Part shown: positions 1 to 9,180 of the stretch, in pieces | Position numbering within the stretch: the stretch's first letter is position 1 | How the letters are laid out: each line of letters starts with the position of its first letter | Assembly (NCBI GenBank): GCA_965116925.1 | Contig: OZ220744.1 | Location: 1,536,001 to 1,600,000, forward strand | DNA length: 64,000 bases | DNA from: Candidatus Poribacteria bacterium | Lineage (GTDB): Bacteria > Poribacteria > WGA-4E > PCPOR2b | Direction: 5' to 3' | The notes under the pieces: generated by a model | What the model was told of the DNA's origin: nothing | Databases searched by the model: none | Seen by the model: the letters and a program-made list of their open reading frames with translations, nothing else | Translations under genes and position numbers: made by a program

Positions 1-267
1 CTAAATGACCCTAGGTTCAAGTAAAATAAAGGATATTATAGCCGATAAATACCACCACGTCTACCCCCAATCCGTGACCATTATCCAGCAGGACTTGAAA
101 ATCTTCACCCGCCCAACTGTGGTGATAAATAAACACAATTCACAGTTTTTTCGTCCAAGCCCGAAAATTGGCAGATCAATATCAATGATCCCATGGAACG
201 GCTCAGGCAATGCACCTTACAACGTCGGAAGTCCCCACACCCCGAACGAGTCTTGGAGGAAATAAAA

Positions 268-654
268 ATGACCATCAAGAAAACGCTACAAGAGAAACGG
301 GCAAAGGTCGAGTTGACAGATGAGATAGTTAGAAATTGTCTATCGAATCCGAACATCTACGATGCGTATAAAACTCTAGCGGATGTCGGAGGTATGAAAA
401 TCGACGGTGTTAAGGATGCAGCACACCTAGAAGAGATTATCAACAAGGCTAAAGCAGACTTGATTGAAGCACGCTGGGGAGAAATTATCAACAGGCACAG
501 ATCTGAGGGTATACCGAGTCCTAAAAATGGGAATGATTTGCCAAATGGTAAGCCCCTTCCCACGCTGGGGCAAGTCAAGAGAGCTTATTGGCGTCCGAAG
601 AAAAAGGATGCCTTCTATTATTGTATACCAGGTCACTATGGGGCCAATCAATGA
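268..654 (+). CDS. Hypothetical protein sharing a 'KDAAHLE' domain with 856..1860
   Basis: GGAGG RBS before ATG 268. The segment LSNPNIYDAYKTLADVGGMKIDGVKDAAHLEEII aligns by eye with LSNAEVFNTWKRIADAGDMLVMYGIKDAAHLEAVV in the next ORF. Confidence 0.6.
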   Translation: MTIKKTLQEKRAKVELTDEIVRNCLSNPNIYDAYKTLADVGGMKIDGVKDAAHLEEIINKAKADLIEARWGEIINRHRSEGIPSPKNGNDLPNGKPLPTLGQVKRAYWRPKKKDAFYYCIPGHYGANQ

Positions 655-855
655 GACTCAAGCTGTTACAAGTGGTGGGGCAGAGGTTCAGTTTTTTATT
701 ATGTTTTCAGGTTGTCGGCGGGTTTTGGAATGGGTTAGGAGTTACCCATTTCAGTCAGAACTATAGCAATCACCTTGCACATCATATGGGCGAAGGAGAG
801 GGAAAATGAAACAAATAACACGCATCTTAATTGATACAAAAAGGAGATAATTTCG

Positions 856-1860
856 ATGAGCACAATCCACGGTTTGTCGTGCAACGCGGTTACTCTGCCT
901 CGCAAGTGTTCTTTTTGCGGAAAACAAATTTTTTTATTTGTGTGCGACCACGGATCGGCAGTCTTGTTCGAGAGACTGGGGCCTCCTTGGCCTAAACACA
1001 ACTGTCACGGGGGTCAAGGTAACAGCTGGCGTGACGGTGATTCGATTGAGCTAACACACAATCCGCCGTCAACATCCGAAGAACAATCTTCACCATCAGC
1101 AGAGGTGAAGTTGGATGACAAAATGCTGACTACGTTCTTGTCCAATGCAGAGGTCTTTAACACTTGGAAACGTATAGCAGACGCGGGCGATATGCTTGTT
1201 ATGTATGGCATCAAAGATGCCGCGCACTTGGAAGCGGTCGTGAAGGCACAAGGCAAGGACGTTATCTTACGTGGTAAGATAGCAGCTGTCAAGCAGGGGC
1301 TGCTTGACCTTGGCAAACAAGGCATTGAAGATGTCTTGAATGCCCAGTTTCAAGGTGACGATCGCAAGAATGTTTCTGGTCACATCAGCTTCTTCTTCAA
1401 CGAAGAAGAAGGCGACTGGGGGTTTAGGACGACCGTAAAGCATAGTGATTTACGCAAGAACAGCGGCGGCAACGACAAGGGAAACGGCAAACTGAAAAAT
1501 GAGAATGCTAAGCCCGTCTCTAAAAAAAACCCTTCCAAAAAGAAAGGTATTGAACGTTCTAAGGGCGTGTGGGGACCGCTTGCTCAATCTCATGGAGATT
1601 CAAAAAGGTACGCATATTTCGTGTTGAAGTCGCTGGGTGTTAATCCGGCTAAATGCGACGATGGACGTTCTGCATTGTATCGTCAGGATAACCTGTCTGT
1701 CTTGTTAAACAAAACAGAGGAAACACGGAAAGCCATCAATTTCCGTGAGCTACCTGATGCGGACAAGGATGACGACACGAAAGAGAAACAGGAATGGGTC
1801 GCAGATCTCAATGTTGCGTTAGCAAAGTATGAGAACAAGACCATTGAGAAGTGGCTTTAG
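856..1860 (+). CDS. Hypothetical protein with N-terminal Cys/His (Zn-finger-like) motif and KDAAHLE domain
   Basis: 334-aa ORF with AAGGAG RBS; CSFCG...CDHGS...LGPPWPKHNC motif. Confidence 0.75.
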   Translation: MSTIHGLSCNAVTLPRKCSFCGKQIFLFVCDHGSAVLFERLGPPWPKHNCHGGQGNSWRDGDSIELTHNPPSTSEEQSSPSAEVKLDDKMLTTFLSNAEVFNTWKRIADAGDMLVMYGIKDAAHLEAVVKAQGKDVILRGKIAAVKQGLLDLGKQGIEDVLNAQFQGDDRKNVSGHISFFFNEEEGDWGFRTTVKHSDLRKNSGGNDKGNGKLKNENAKPVSKKNPSKKKGIERSKGVWGPLAQSHGDSKRYAYFVLKSLGVNPAKCDDGRSALYRQDNLSVLLNKTEETRKAINFRELPDADKDDDTKEKQEWVADLNVALAKYENKTIEKWL

Positions 1861-1916
1861 GAAGAAGTAAGGCGATGCCTCCTATCATTGTATACCAGAC
1901 ATTATGAGGCCAATCA

Positions 1917-2102
1917 ATGAGCATCAAGAAGGATTTACAATCCGGCGAATCGGACAGATTCCTTCGACAAGAAGCAGAACAAGGCAACGAAGACGCTATC
2001 GCCATCTTGGACTGGATAAAGCGTAACCGATGGCTAAAATCACAGCAACACCTACCACCTAAGCCATTTCTACAAGGCAAGAAGCCCCCAATCGAGGTGT
2101 GA
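1917..2102 (+). CDS. Small hypothetical protein (MSIKKDLQS start shared with next ORF)
   Basis: 61-aa ORF; its first ~25 nt are repeated at 2189. Confidence 0.4.
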   Translation: MSIKKDLQSGESDRFLRQEAEQGNEDAIAILDWIKRNRWLKSQQHLPPKPFLQGKKPPIEV

Positions 2103-2187
2103 GATGCACACGGGGAAATACCCCCGATAAAGATAATCAGAACTACATCGACCACCTCGCACATCATATCGACGAAGGAGGCAAACC

Positions 2188-2958
2188 TTGAGCATCAAGA
2201 AGGATTTACAATCAGAGGAATGGTACCGCTCCCTGCAAACAGTCCCCGCAGAACTAAAAGCACTTCACCAGTGGGTACTGTTGAAAGAAGAACTACGGAA
2301 CGGAAAACCCACCAAAATTCCATATCAAGTCGATGGCAATCGTGCCAACGCCAACGATCCCAACACATGGACTGACTTTCAAACCGTTTGCAACCACCGC
2401 GACCAGGGATCAGATATCGGCTTCGTGTTCAGCAAAGATGACCCCTACTGCGGAGTCTACATCCACGATTGCCTATATTCAGCAGGGTGGCACGGAGCCT
2501 TCAGTCGATGGGCACAGCCGCTTTGCTACAAATTATGTGCAGTTAGCTATGGAGAGACATCCTCAAGTCACAACGGATCTGTCAAGTTTTGGACCCGTGC
2601 AAAATTGCCCGACTGGATGAACAGAGGGAAAAGGCTGCCCGTAGCAGGTGGGTTTTTTGGACAAGCCGAAATCGAAATATACCACTACGGACGATACTTC
2701 ACCGTAACAGGCAGAAATCAGATAACAGGCGAAGGCACAGGTGAGATTAAGAACGGGCAAGCCGTCATTGATCCGATTGTGGACCTGATAGAGTGGAGAG
2801 CCCGTAAGGATATGGAGGAAGAAACTGATGAAGTATGCGATAAATGTGGAAGTCCAATGGTGATTAAAACCAATCGCGCCGGACGAAAATTCCTCGCGTG
2901 TACAGGGTATCCCCGATGCAAAATGATGCGGTGGGTGGCTAAAAACCAACAGTGTTGA
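2188..2958 (+). CDS. Degenerate AEP primase-polymerase (NrS-1-like prim-pol) domain fused to a topoisomerase-I-type C4 zinc ribbon
   Basis: AAGGAGG RBS. ELKALHQWV..GKPTKIPY..DPNTW..IGFVF..DDPYCG..EIY..GRYFTVTG matches the phage/plasmid prim-pol pattern. C-terminal CDKCGSPMVIK..GRKFLACTGYPRC. Confidence 0.75.
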   Translation: MSIKKDLQSEEWYRSLQTVPAELKALHQWVLLKEELRNGKPTKIPYQVDGNRANANDPNTWTDFQTVCNHRDQGSDIGFVFSKDDPYCGVYIHDCLYSAGWHGAFSRWAQPLCYKLCAVSYGETSSSHNGSVKFWTRAKLPDWMNRGKRLPVAGGFFGQAEIEIYHYGRYFTVTGRNQITGEGTGEIKNGQAVIDPIVDLIEWRARKDMEEETDEVCDKCGSPMVIKTNRAGRKFLACTGYPRCKMMRWVAKNQQC

Positions 2959-3022
2959 AATCGTCGGTGAAGTCGCCAGAAGGACACTGGCGGGCATTCT
3001 AATTCCAGTGAGGCGGCAAGAA

Positions 3023-4132
3023 CTATCCAATCCTTAAGGCGTTAGAAAGTATAGATTTGACTCTTGTGTAAAATGAGTTATCTCGGTTTGATTGCTCGTC
3101 AACTTGCGCTGCTTCATACATACTGAATCCCAAAACAAGTAGAAGAACCGTTGCCTGTGTCACCCATGTTAATTTTGAGGGGACTTGGGCGATTATCTGC
3201 ATCTCCTCGGATCCGGCTTGCAGTAGACCAAAGAGCAATGCCGAAAAGATAACGCCAATCGGATGGAGCCGTCCAAGCAAGGCAACGGCAATGGCGGTAT
3301 AGCCGTATCCCGGCGCGTTCTGATAGAGTCGATGGGGACTCAGTCCCATCAATTCAACGGTGCCTGCCAGTCCTGCCAACCCACCGCTGATTAGCATAGC
3401 GATGATGATGTTTCGAGAGACATTGATGCCAGCGACTCGCGCAGCGACTTGGTTTTGGCCGACCGCGCGTATTTGATAGCCGAGGACAGTGCGAAATAGA
3501 ATCCAGTATAGGATAGCGGCAAGTATAAGTGCAAGGATAATTCCCAAGTGGAATCGATTGTGCGGAACCCACTCTTTCGGCAGTAGACGGGGTAGCACAG
3601 CGTTTGCTGCAATTCTTTCGCTCTGCTGATATGCCCTCGTCCCTTCTTGCAACGGTCCTCCATCTATAGAGTAACGCACTAGCTCAAGTGCAATGAAATT
3701 GAGCATGATTGTGCTGATGACCTCTTGTACACCGCGATAGGCTTTGAGCAGTCCGGCAATTATCCCCCAAAATCCCCCGGCGACAAATCCAAATCCAAGG
3801 ACCAAAGGGATGAAGAGAAATGGCGGCAGGTTGGTAATTGATGTGCCGATCCATGTGGTGACTAGTGTGCCGATGAGGTATTGTCCTTCGGCACCGATGT
3901 TCCACACACCACACCGAAATGCGAACGCTACAGCTAACCCTGTCAGCAATAACGGGCAGGTTTTTACAAATGTCTCCGTCACCTCCCGCATTCCTCCCAA
4001 CGAACCTTGGTACATAGCGACAAATGCCTTTATTGGCTGGTAGCCGCACGCGAGCATAATTAGTGCGTTGATGAGAAGGGCTAGGAAGGTGATGAGGATT
4101 GGCAGAAAGATCTGGGTGGATTTGATACGCAT
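3023..4132 (-). CDS. ABC transporter permease (nucleoside/sugar, BPD_transp_2 type)
   Basis: WNIGAEGQ, EVISTIMLNFIA and GYGYTAIAVALLGRLHP motifs; many TM segments. Confidence 0.9.
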   Translation of the reverse strand: MRIKSTQIFLPILITFLALLINALIMLACGYQPIKAFVAMYQGSLGGMREVTETFVKTCPLLLTGLAVAFAFRCGVWNIGAEGQYLIGTLVTTWIGTSITNLPPFLFIPLVLGFGFVAGGFWGIIAGLLKAYRGVQEVISTIMLNFIALELVRYSIDGGPLQEGTRAYQQSERIAANAVLPRLLPKEWVPHNRFHLGIILALILAAILYWILFRTVLGYQIRAVGQNQVAARVAGINVSRNIIIAMLISGGLAGLAGTVELMGLSPHRLYQNAPGYGYTAIAVALLGRLHPIGVIFSALLFGLLQAGSEEMQIIAQVPSKLTWVTQATVLLLVLGFSMYEAAQVDEQSNRDNSFYTRVKSILSNALRIG

Positions 4133-4144
4133 TCAAATTACAAA

Positions 4145-4190
4145 GCGTGAAACGTGAAAACCATTTGGTTCATTCGTTCATTGGTTCATT
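4145..4190. repeat. Short tandem heptamer (RCGTGAW) plus octamer (TTGGTTCA) repeats
   Basis: Also near 10748, 11514, 14174, 31025, 45228 and 49394. Confidence 0.7.
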
Positions 4191-4336
4191 ATAGGGGACG
4201 ATGGGACAATCCAGGGAAGATAATTAGGAAGGAGCGGTGGAAGAGGGAAGAAAGATGTACCTCCAATCTTCCCTCCTTCAAAATTTGAAACGGTGTTCTG
4301 CAAAAGTTAAAGGCTCATGTTAAGAAATAGTGCAAT

Positions 4337-4370
4337 AGAAACCGAGTTTTTTCTTCAAAACTCGGTTTCT
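4337..4370. repeat. Recurrent hairpin AGAAACCGAGTTTT-n-AAAACTCGGTTTCT
   Basis: Copies near 10997, 14044, 20204, 42597 and 45321; may also act as a terminator. Confidence 0.8.
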
Positions 4371-4391
4371 CGGTTAAGATGTGGTTACATC

Positions 4392-5438
4392 TCACTCAAC
4401 GACCCACGTATCGCCCTCATTGAGTAGGGCTTCTAAATCGCCTTCTCCCATCCGCTCTTTAGCCGTGTTGATCTGTTCGGTCATCATACCTTCATAGCAA
4501 GGATGTTCGACGCTACGAAAGATACCGATTGGATGGGGTAAGCCCGGAACTTCAGTCATACGACTGAGGAAATATGCCAATGTTCGATCTTCGGCAAATT
4601 GATCGTGGGTAATCAGTTCTTCAGTGTTATGTACACCCTCGGATAAAGAAACAACCTCCGGCTTAAATCCGTTCAAGCAGATCCCCTTGTCACTGTCCTT
4701 TCCAAAGACCAGCGGTTCACCATGCTCCAGAAACACTGTATTCTCAGTCTTCGTTTCCTTTTCGGTATACATAAAGAAAGCACCGTCATTGTATACGTTA
4801 CAGTTCTGATAGATTTCGACGAACGAGGTGCCTTTGTGCTCAAAAGCTGCCTTGATGACATTTCGCAGGTGTTCGGGGTCTCTGTCGAGTGAACGGGCAA
4901 CAAAGGTCGCTCCCGAAGCAAGTGCTAGGCTGATCGGATTGAAGGGATTGTCGATGGATCCCATTGGCGTTGAGTAGGTTTTTTTGCCCTGTTCGGAGGT
5001 CGGGGAATATTGCCCTTTTGTGAGTCCATAGATACGATTGTTGAACAGTAACACATTAATGTCAAGATTACGGCGCATCAGGTGAATGAAATGGTTGCCT
5101 CCGATTGACAGTGCATCGCCATCACCGGTGATTACCCAAACTGATAGGTCGGGGTTAGCGGTTTTTACACCTGCGGCAATGGTTGGTGCCCGACCGTGAA
5201 TGGTATGGAAGCCGTAAGTCTCCATATAATATGGAAAACGGCTTGAACAGCCAATTCCGGAGATAAAGACGAAATCTTCCTTGGGGATGCCGAGGTCCGG
5301 CAAAATCCGTTGGGTTTGGGAAAGAATAGAGTAATCCCCGCACCCTGGGCACCAGCGAACATCTTGATCGGAGGTAAAATCTTTCTTAGTTAACGTCTGG
5401 ACAGCAACTGGTATTGGGTTGGAGGTCCTGTTTTTCAT
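4392..5438 (-). CDS. korB: 2-oxoacid:ferredoxin oxidoreductase beta subunit
   Basis: WCPGCGD, SGIGCSSR and GDGD...NNRIYGLTKGQYSPT motifs; overlaps the alpha-subunit stop. Confidence 0.93.
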   Translation of the reverse strand: MKNRTSNPIPVAVQTLTKKDFTSDQDVRWCPGCGDYSILSQTQRILPDLGIPKEDFVFISGIGCSSRFPYYMETYGFHTIHGRAPTIAAGVKTANPDLSVWVITGDGDALSIGGNHFIHLMRRNLDINVLLFNNRIYGLTKGQYSPTSEQGKKTYSTPMGSIDNPFNPISLALASGATFVARSLDRDPEHLRNVIKAAFEHKGTSFVEIYQNCNVYNDGAFFMYTEKETKTENTVFLEHGEPLVFGKDSDKGICLNGFKPEVVSLSEGVHNTEELITHDQFAEDRTLAYFLSRMTEVPGLPHPIGIFRSVEHPCYEGMMTEQINTAKERMGEGDLEALLNEGDTWVVE

Positions 5439-7273
5439 GCGTCACTCCTTAACAACTCATCAATTTTAGATTCAACTTCAAATACGTGAAACGGTTGTCC
5501 TTGGATCTTATTGAGCCCGACGGCATCTATTAGGTACTCTGCGCGAATCAGTAGGCGCAACTGCCCTAGATTCAGTTCAGGAATGAGTACCCTTTTGAAA
5601 TTCTTCATAATGTCGCCGATTTCTTTGGGAAGGGGATTAAGATAGCGCAGATGTACGTGCGAGACGGATTTGCCTGCTGCCTGTTTATGCTCAACGGCTG
5701 TTCTAACCGCCCCGAAGGTTCCGCCCCAACTCAACACAAGGAGCTCACCGTTTGATTCACCAAATATTTCTATGGGTGGAATGTCGTCCGCGATACGAGC
5801 AACTTTTTTCGCCCTAAGATGGACCATCTGCTCATGGTTGTCAGGATCATAACTGACATTCCCTGAGATGTCTGCTTTCTCCAGACCGCCGATCCGATGT
5901 TCCAGACCGGGGGTGCCCGGTATCGCCCAAGGCCGTGCTAGCGTTGCTTTGTCTCGGAGATAGGGTTCAAATCCATTGGTGTCGGTCGGAAAATCCACAT
6001 CAATCGCCGGCAGATCCGACACCTGCGGAATGAGCCACGGTTCAGCACCGAAGGCAATATAAAGATCTGACATGAAAATCACCGGTGTCATGTATTTGAT
6101 AGCAATTCGGCAGGCTTCATAAACAGTTTCAAAGCAATCGGATGGACGTGAGGCGGCAATCACAGGGAGCGGAGATTCACCGTTTCGTCCATAAAACATT
6201 TGGAGGAGATCCGCCTGTTCGGTTTTTGTCGGCATACCTGTTGAGGGACCGGCTCTCTGAATATTGCATACAACGATTGGCAACTCGGCGATCATAGCGA
6301 GGTTAATCGCTTCTGCTTTGAGGGCAATGCCGGGACCGCTACTGCCAGTGGCACCTAACGCTCCACTGAACGCTGCGCCAATTGCAACCCCCACCGCTGC
6401 AATTTCATCCTCCATCTGCATTGTTTTAACCCCGAAATTTCGATACCTTGCCAATTCGTGGAGGATAGTGCTTGCAGGCGTAATCGGATAACTGCCGTAA
6501 ACCAGCTGTAATCCAGATTTTTGAGAAGCAGCAATCAATCCCAGTGCGGTTGCCATATTCCCCTCGATATTGCGATATTTCCCCGGTGCAAATTTGGCTG
6601 GCTTGATTTCATAAGAGGTCACAAACTGCTCTGTAACTTCGCAATAAATATTGCCAGCTTTCAATGCGAGGGTATTGGCTTCGATGTATTGTGGCTTTGT
6701 AGCAAACTTCTCCTCGAGCCACTGAAACGCATAGTCCATCGGGCGGTTATACATCCAACATACCATCCCAAGCGCGTAAAAGTTCTTGCACCGATCGATC
6801 TCGCGTTGCGTGAGATCCGTATCTTTTAATGCTTCTCTGGTGAGGCGGGTCAGTTCGATCGGGAATATCTGAAACTGTGTCAACGAACCGTCTTCAAGAG
6901 GGTTACTATCATATCCAGCTAGTCTGAGGTTGCGTCGGGCGAAATTATCTGTATCGACGATAAGGATCCCGTTCGGTTTGAGTTTATCAATGTTGACCTT
7001 TAATGCTGCTGGATTCATAGCGACGAGCACATCACAGAGATCACCGGGCGTATGAATCGTCAAACTGGAAAAGCGGAGCTGGAACCCTGAAATTCCAGCC
7101 AACGAGCCGGCAGGGGCACGAATCTCCGCGGGGTAATCTGGCAGCGTCGCAACATCATTCCCTGCGATTGCGGAAGCCTCGGTCATTTGCGTTCCAATGC
7201 TCTGCGCGCCACCGCCAGAATCGCTCGCAAACAGAATCGTCGCCTCCTCTATCGATTGTTTCTGTTTTTTCAT
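5435..7273 (-). CDS. korA: 2-oxoacid:ferredoxin oxidoreductase alpha subunit (gamma-alpha fusion)
   Basis: YPAEIRAP, YPITPAS, EDEIAA and QRAGPSTGMPTKTEQ motifs; start placed at MKKQKQ. Confidence 0.93.
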   Translation of the reverse strand: MKKQKQSIEEATILFASDSGGGAQSIGTQMTEASAIAGNDVATLPDYPAEIRAPAGSLAGISGFQLRFSSLTIHTPGDLCDVLVAMNPAALKVNIDKLKPNGILIVDTDNFARRNLRLAGYDSNPLEDGSLTQFQIFPIELTRLTREALKDTDLTQREIDRCKNFYALGMVCWMYNRPMDYAFQWLEEKFATKPQYIEANTLALKAGNIYCEVTEQFVTSYEIKPAKFAPGKYRNIEGNMATALGLIAASQKSGLQLVYGSYPITPASTILHELARYRNFGVKTMQMEDEIAAVGVAIGAAFSGALGATGSSGPGIALKAEAINLAMIAELPIVVCNIQRAGPSTGMPTKTEQADLLQMFYGRNGESPLPVIAASRPSDCFETVYEACRIAIKYMTPVIFMSDLYIAFGAEPWLIPQVSDLPAIDVDFPTDTNGFEPYLRDKATLARPWAIPGTPGLEHRIGGLEKADISGNVSYDPDNHEQMVHLRAKKVARIADDIPPIEIFGESNGELLVLSWGGTFGAVRTAVEHKQAAGKSVSHVHLRYLNPLPKEIGDIMKNFKRVLIPELNLGQLRLLIRAEYLIDAVGLNKIQGQPFHVFEVESKIDELLRSDA

Positions 7274-7320
7274 CCATCTATCCTTCTTTCTATTTATACC
7301 TGTCCTCACAAAAGCAGGAC

Positions 7321-7863
7321 TCACGCTCCTTCACGGGCTTGCATCGCGTCGTTATCCGGTTTCGGCGGCAGGGTCAGCACCTCTTGTGGAAAATGTTCGA
7401 CAAGATAAGAGATAATGTGGCGAATTGACACTATGCCAACCGGCTGATTTTGTTCGTTCACGATGGGTATATGGCGGTAACCTCCCTGTGCCATATACAG
7501 TATCGCCGTATCAAGGGAATCTTCTACCTGTGCGGTCTGCGGGTCGGCTTTCATAAATTGTTCAATAGGAATCTGTGTCAAATCGCCTACTGGTTTGTTC
7601 AGGATTTTTAGCAGCACATCCCGTTCACCGAAAATCCCTTTGAGAACGCCATCGGATACAATGAGGATGGCACCAACTTTATTGTCGAGCATTCGATCGA
7701 TTGCCTCTTGTGTACTTGCACCACTGTCAACTGTGACAGGGGGGTGCATCAAAGAGTGCAGCGGCACGTGAATCTCGTGAGGACTCAAGGTTTTAGCTGG
7801 CTCATCTAGAGTTTCCTCATCCATGATAGCCATTTCTTCTTCAACGATTTCTTGGTACAGCAC
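7321..7863 (-). CDS. CBS-domain protein
   Basis: Paired CBS motifs (GIFGERD, YRHIPIV..PVGIVS). Confidence 0.88.
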   Translation of the reverse strand: MLYQEIVEEEMAIMDEETLDEPAKTLSPHEIHVPLHSLMHPPVTVDSGASTQEAIDRMLDNKVGAILIVSDGVLKGIFGERDVLLKILNKPVGDLTQIPIEQFMKADPQTAQVEDSLDTAILYMAQGGYRHIPIVNEQNQPVGIVSIRHIISYLVEHFPQEVLTLPPKPDNDAMQAREGA

Positions 7864-7866
7864 GGT

Positions 7867-8307
7867 TCATCCCTCCTTACCTCTCTCCAAAAACGCGGCG
7901 ACATAGTTCGCTATGTCCTTGCTTGATATAACACTAGCGGGGTATACACCTTCATCTTCATCGGATTCTCCAACGAGCAACGGAATATGCCGGAAGTGGC
8001 CTAGGTGCATAAGGTTCAGGGCAAATGCCATTGAATCATTGGGGCGCAATGATTCCGGTGATGGAGTCATGATATCATCGACCCGAACTTTATCGGGCTG
8101 TGCCCGCACTTCGGCGATATGAACGAGTAGATCCCGTTCTGTAATGATGCCGGTGAGTTGTTCCTGTTCATCAACGATTAACACACACCCAAATCGTCCT
8201 TTCTGCATCAGGTCGATCACCTCTGAAATAGGTGTGCCCATCGCCACAGTACAGGGTTGATTGAGATTCAGTATGCTAATCGGTAAAGATAGGGTTTGCG
8301 CGTCCAT
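7867..8307 (-). CDS. CBS-domain protein
   Basis: GIITERD, IMTPSP and FRHIPL motifs; GGAG RBS. Confidence 0.88.
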   Translation of the reverse strand: MDAQTLSLPISILNLNQPCTVAMGTPISEVIDLMQKGRFGCVLIVDEQEQLTGIITERDLLVHIAEVRAQPDKVRVDDIMTPSPESLRPNDSMAFALNLMHLGHFRHIPLLVGESDEDEGVYPASVISSKDIANYVAAFLERGKEG

Positions 8308-8634
8308 GGTCTTCTCCTTTCAATCAACGTCTGAATCAATCATGTCTCTTTTGCAAAACTGGTTAGGTGAATCATCGGTAATTGTGTGCAAATGGTAGCA
8401 TACGCCTCGCCATTTTGCAAGTTGAAATGACGCAAGATAGAAATGTGTAAATGAATGATTGGGCACAGGAACATCAACAAGAGGGCAAGTATTTATTATT
8501 ATTTAACGACGAACTTTACTAGGAAGTTTCTAGGTCGTCCACCCATTTTATTTGACACCGTAGATTGAAGCACGCATCATGAGAATTATATCACCACGCT
8601 AATTGACTGTCCAGAATAAAAAGATTTTCGATTA

Positions 8635-8884
8635 GGGCGTGTTGACATTTTGAAGCTGCTCATTCAGCAAACGCTGTCATCATCAGGCAATCTGCCATAA
8701 GTAGCGCGAACTGTTAGTTTGCAAGCTGGGATCACAATCTAACAGATCGTGGTACAAAAGGAGATTGTAGGTCGAGATTCATATCTCAACAGAATATCCA
8801 GCGTGGTGTGCAACAAGCCGGGTTGATTGAGCCGAAACTGTCGCGCGATGTGCTAGGGGTGTCGATTTTGGAAAATCGACCTAC
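8635..8884 (+). mobile_element. MITE family A (left end GGGCGTGTTGACATTT) with REP doublet
   Basis: ~125-bp conserved core also at 19998, 22795, 26323, 32079 and 50489. Confidence 0.75.
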
Positions 8885-9054
8885 AGAAGTCCGAAGCTAC
8901 CGGGGGGCGAAAGTGTCTATTTATTTTTAGAATTCACCATAAATGGCCCTATCCTAATCCGCGGGGATCACAGATTAGGAAATCTGTGGCTACGATTGTC
9001 TAATTCCTATGACAGATGCAATTGCCTTAGCAGATTCAGTTTTTCAACTTGGCT

Positions 9055-9083
9055 TTGACAACCGACAGGATATATGATAAAGT
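9055..9083 (+). promoter_or_regulatory. Putative sigma70 promoter of the TPP-enzyme gene
   Basis: TTGACA-17 bp-TAAAGT with a TG extended -10. Confidence 0.5.
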
Positions 9084-9180
9084 GTCTGAAATAACTCGCT
9101 GAAAATTATACTTGTCGTGTGTGCATTATAGATAGCAAATCCACATAGTTTTGAATGGAATCATAGGAGAGCAAAACATA

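Noticed and set aside
5..265. 86-aa ORF at window start
   Set aside because: No recognisable motif and no assessable upstream context.
268..2958. Intact prophage or plasmid replicon
   Set aside because: No integrase, helicase or structural genes in the window, and the prim-pol lacks its catalytic motif.
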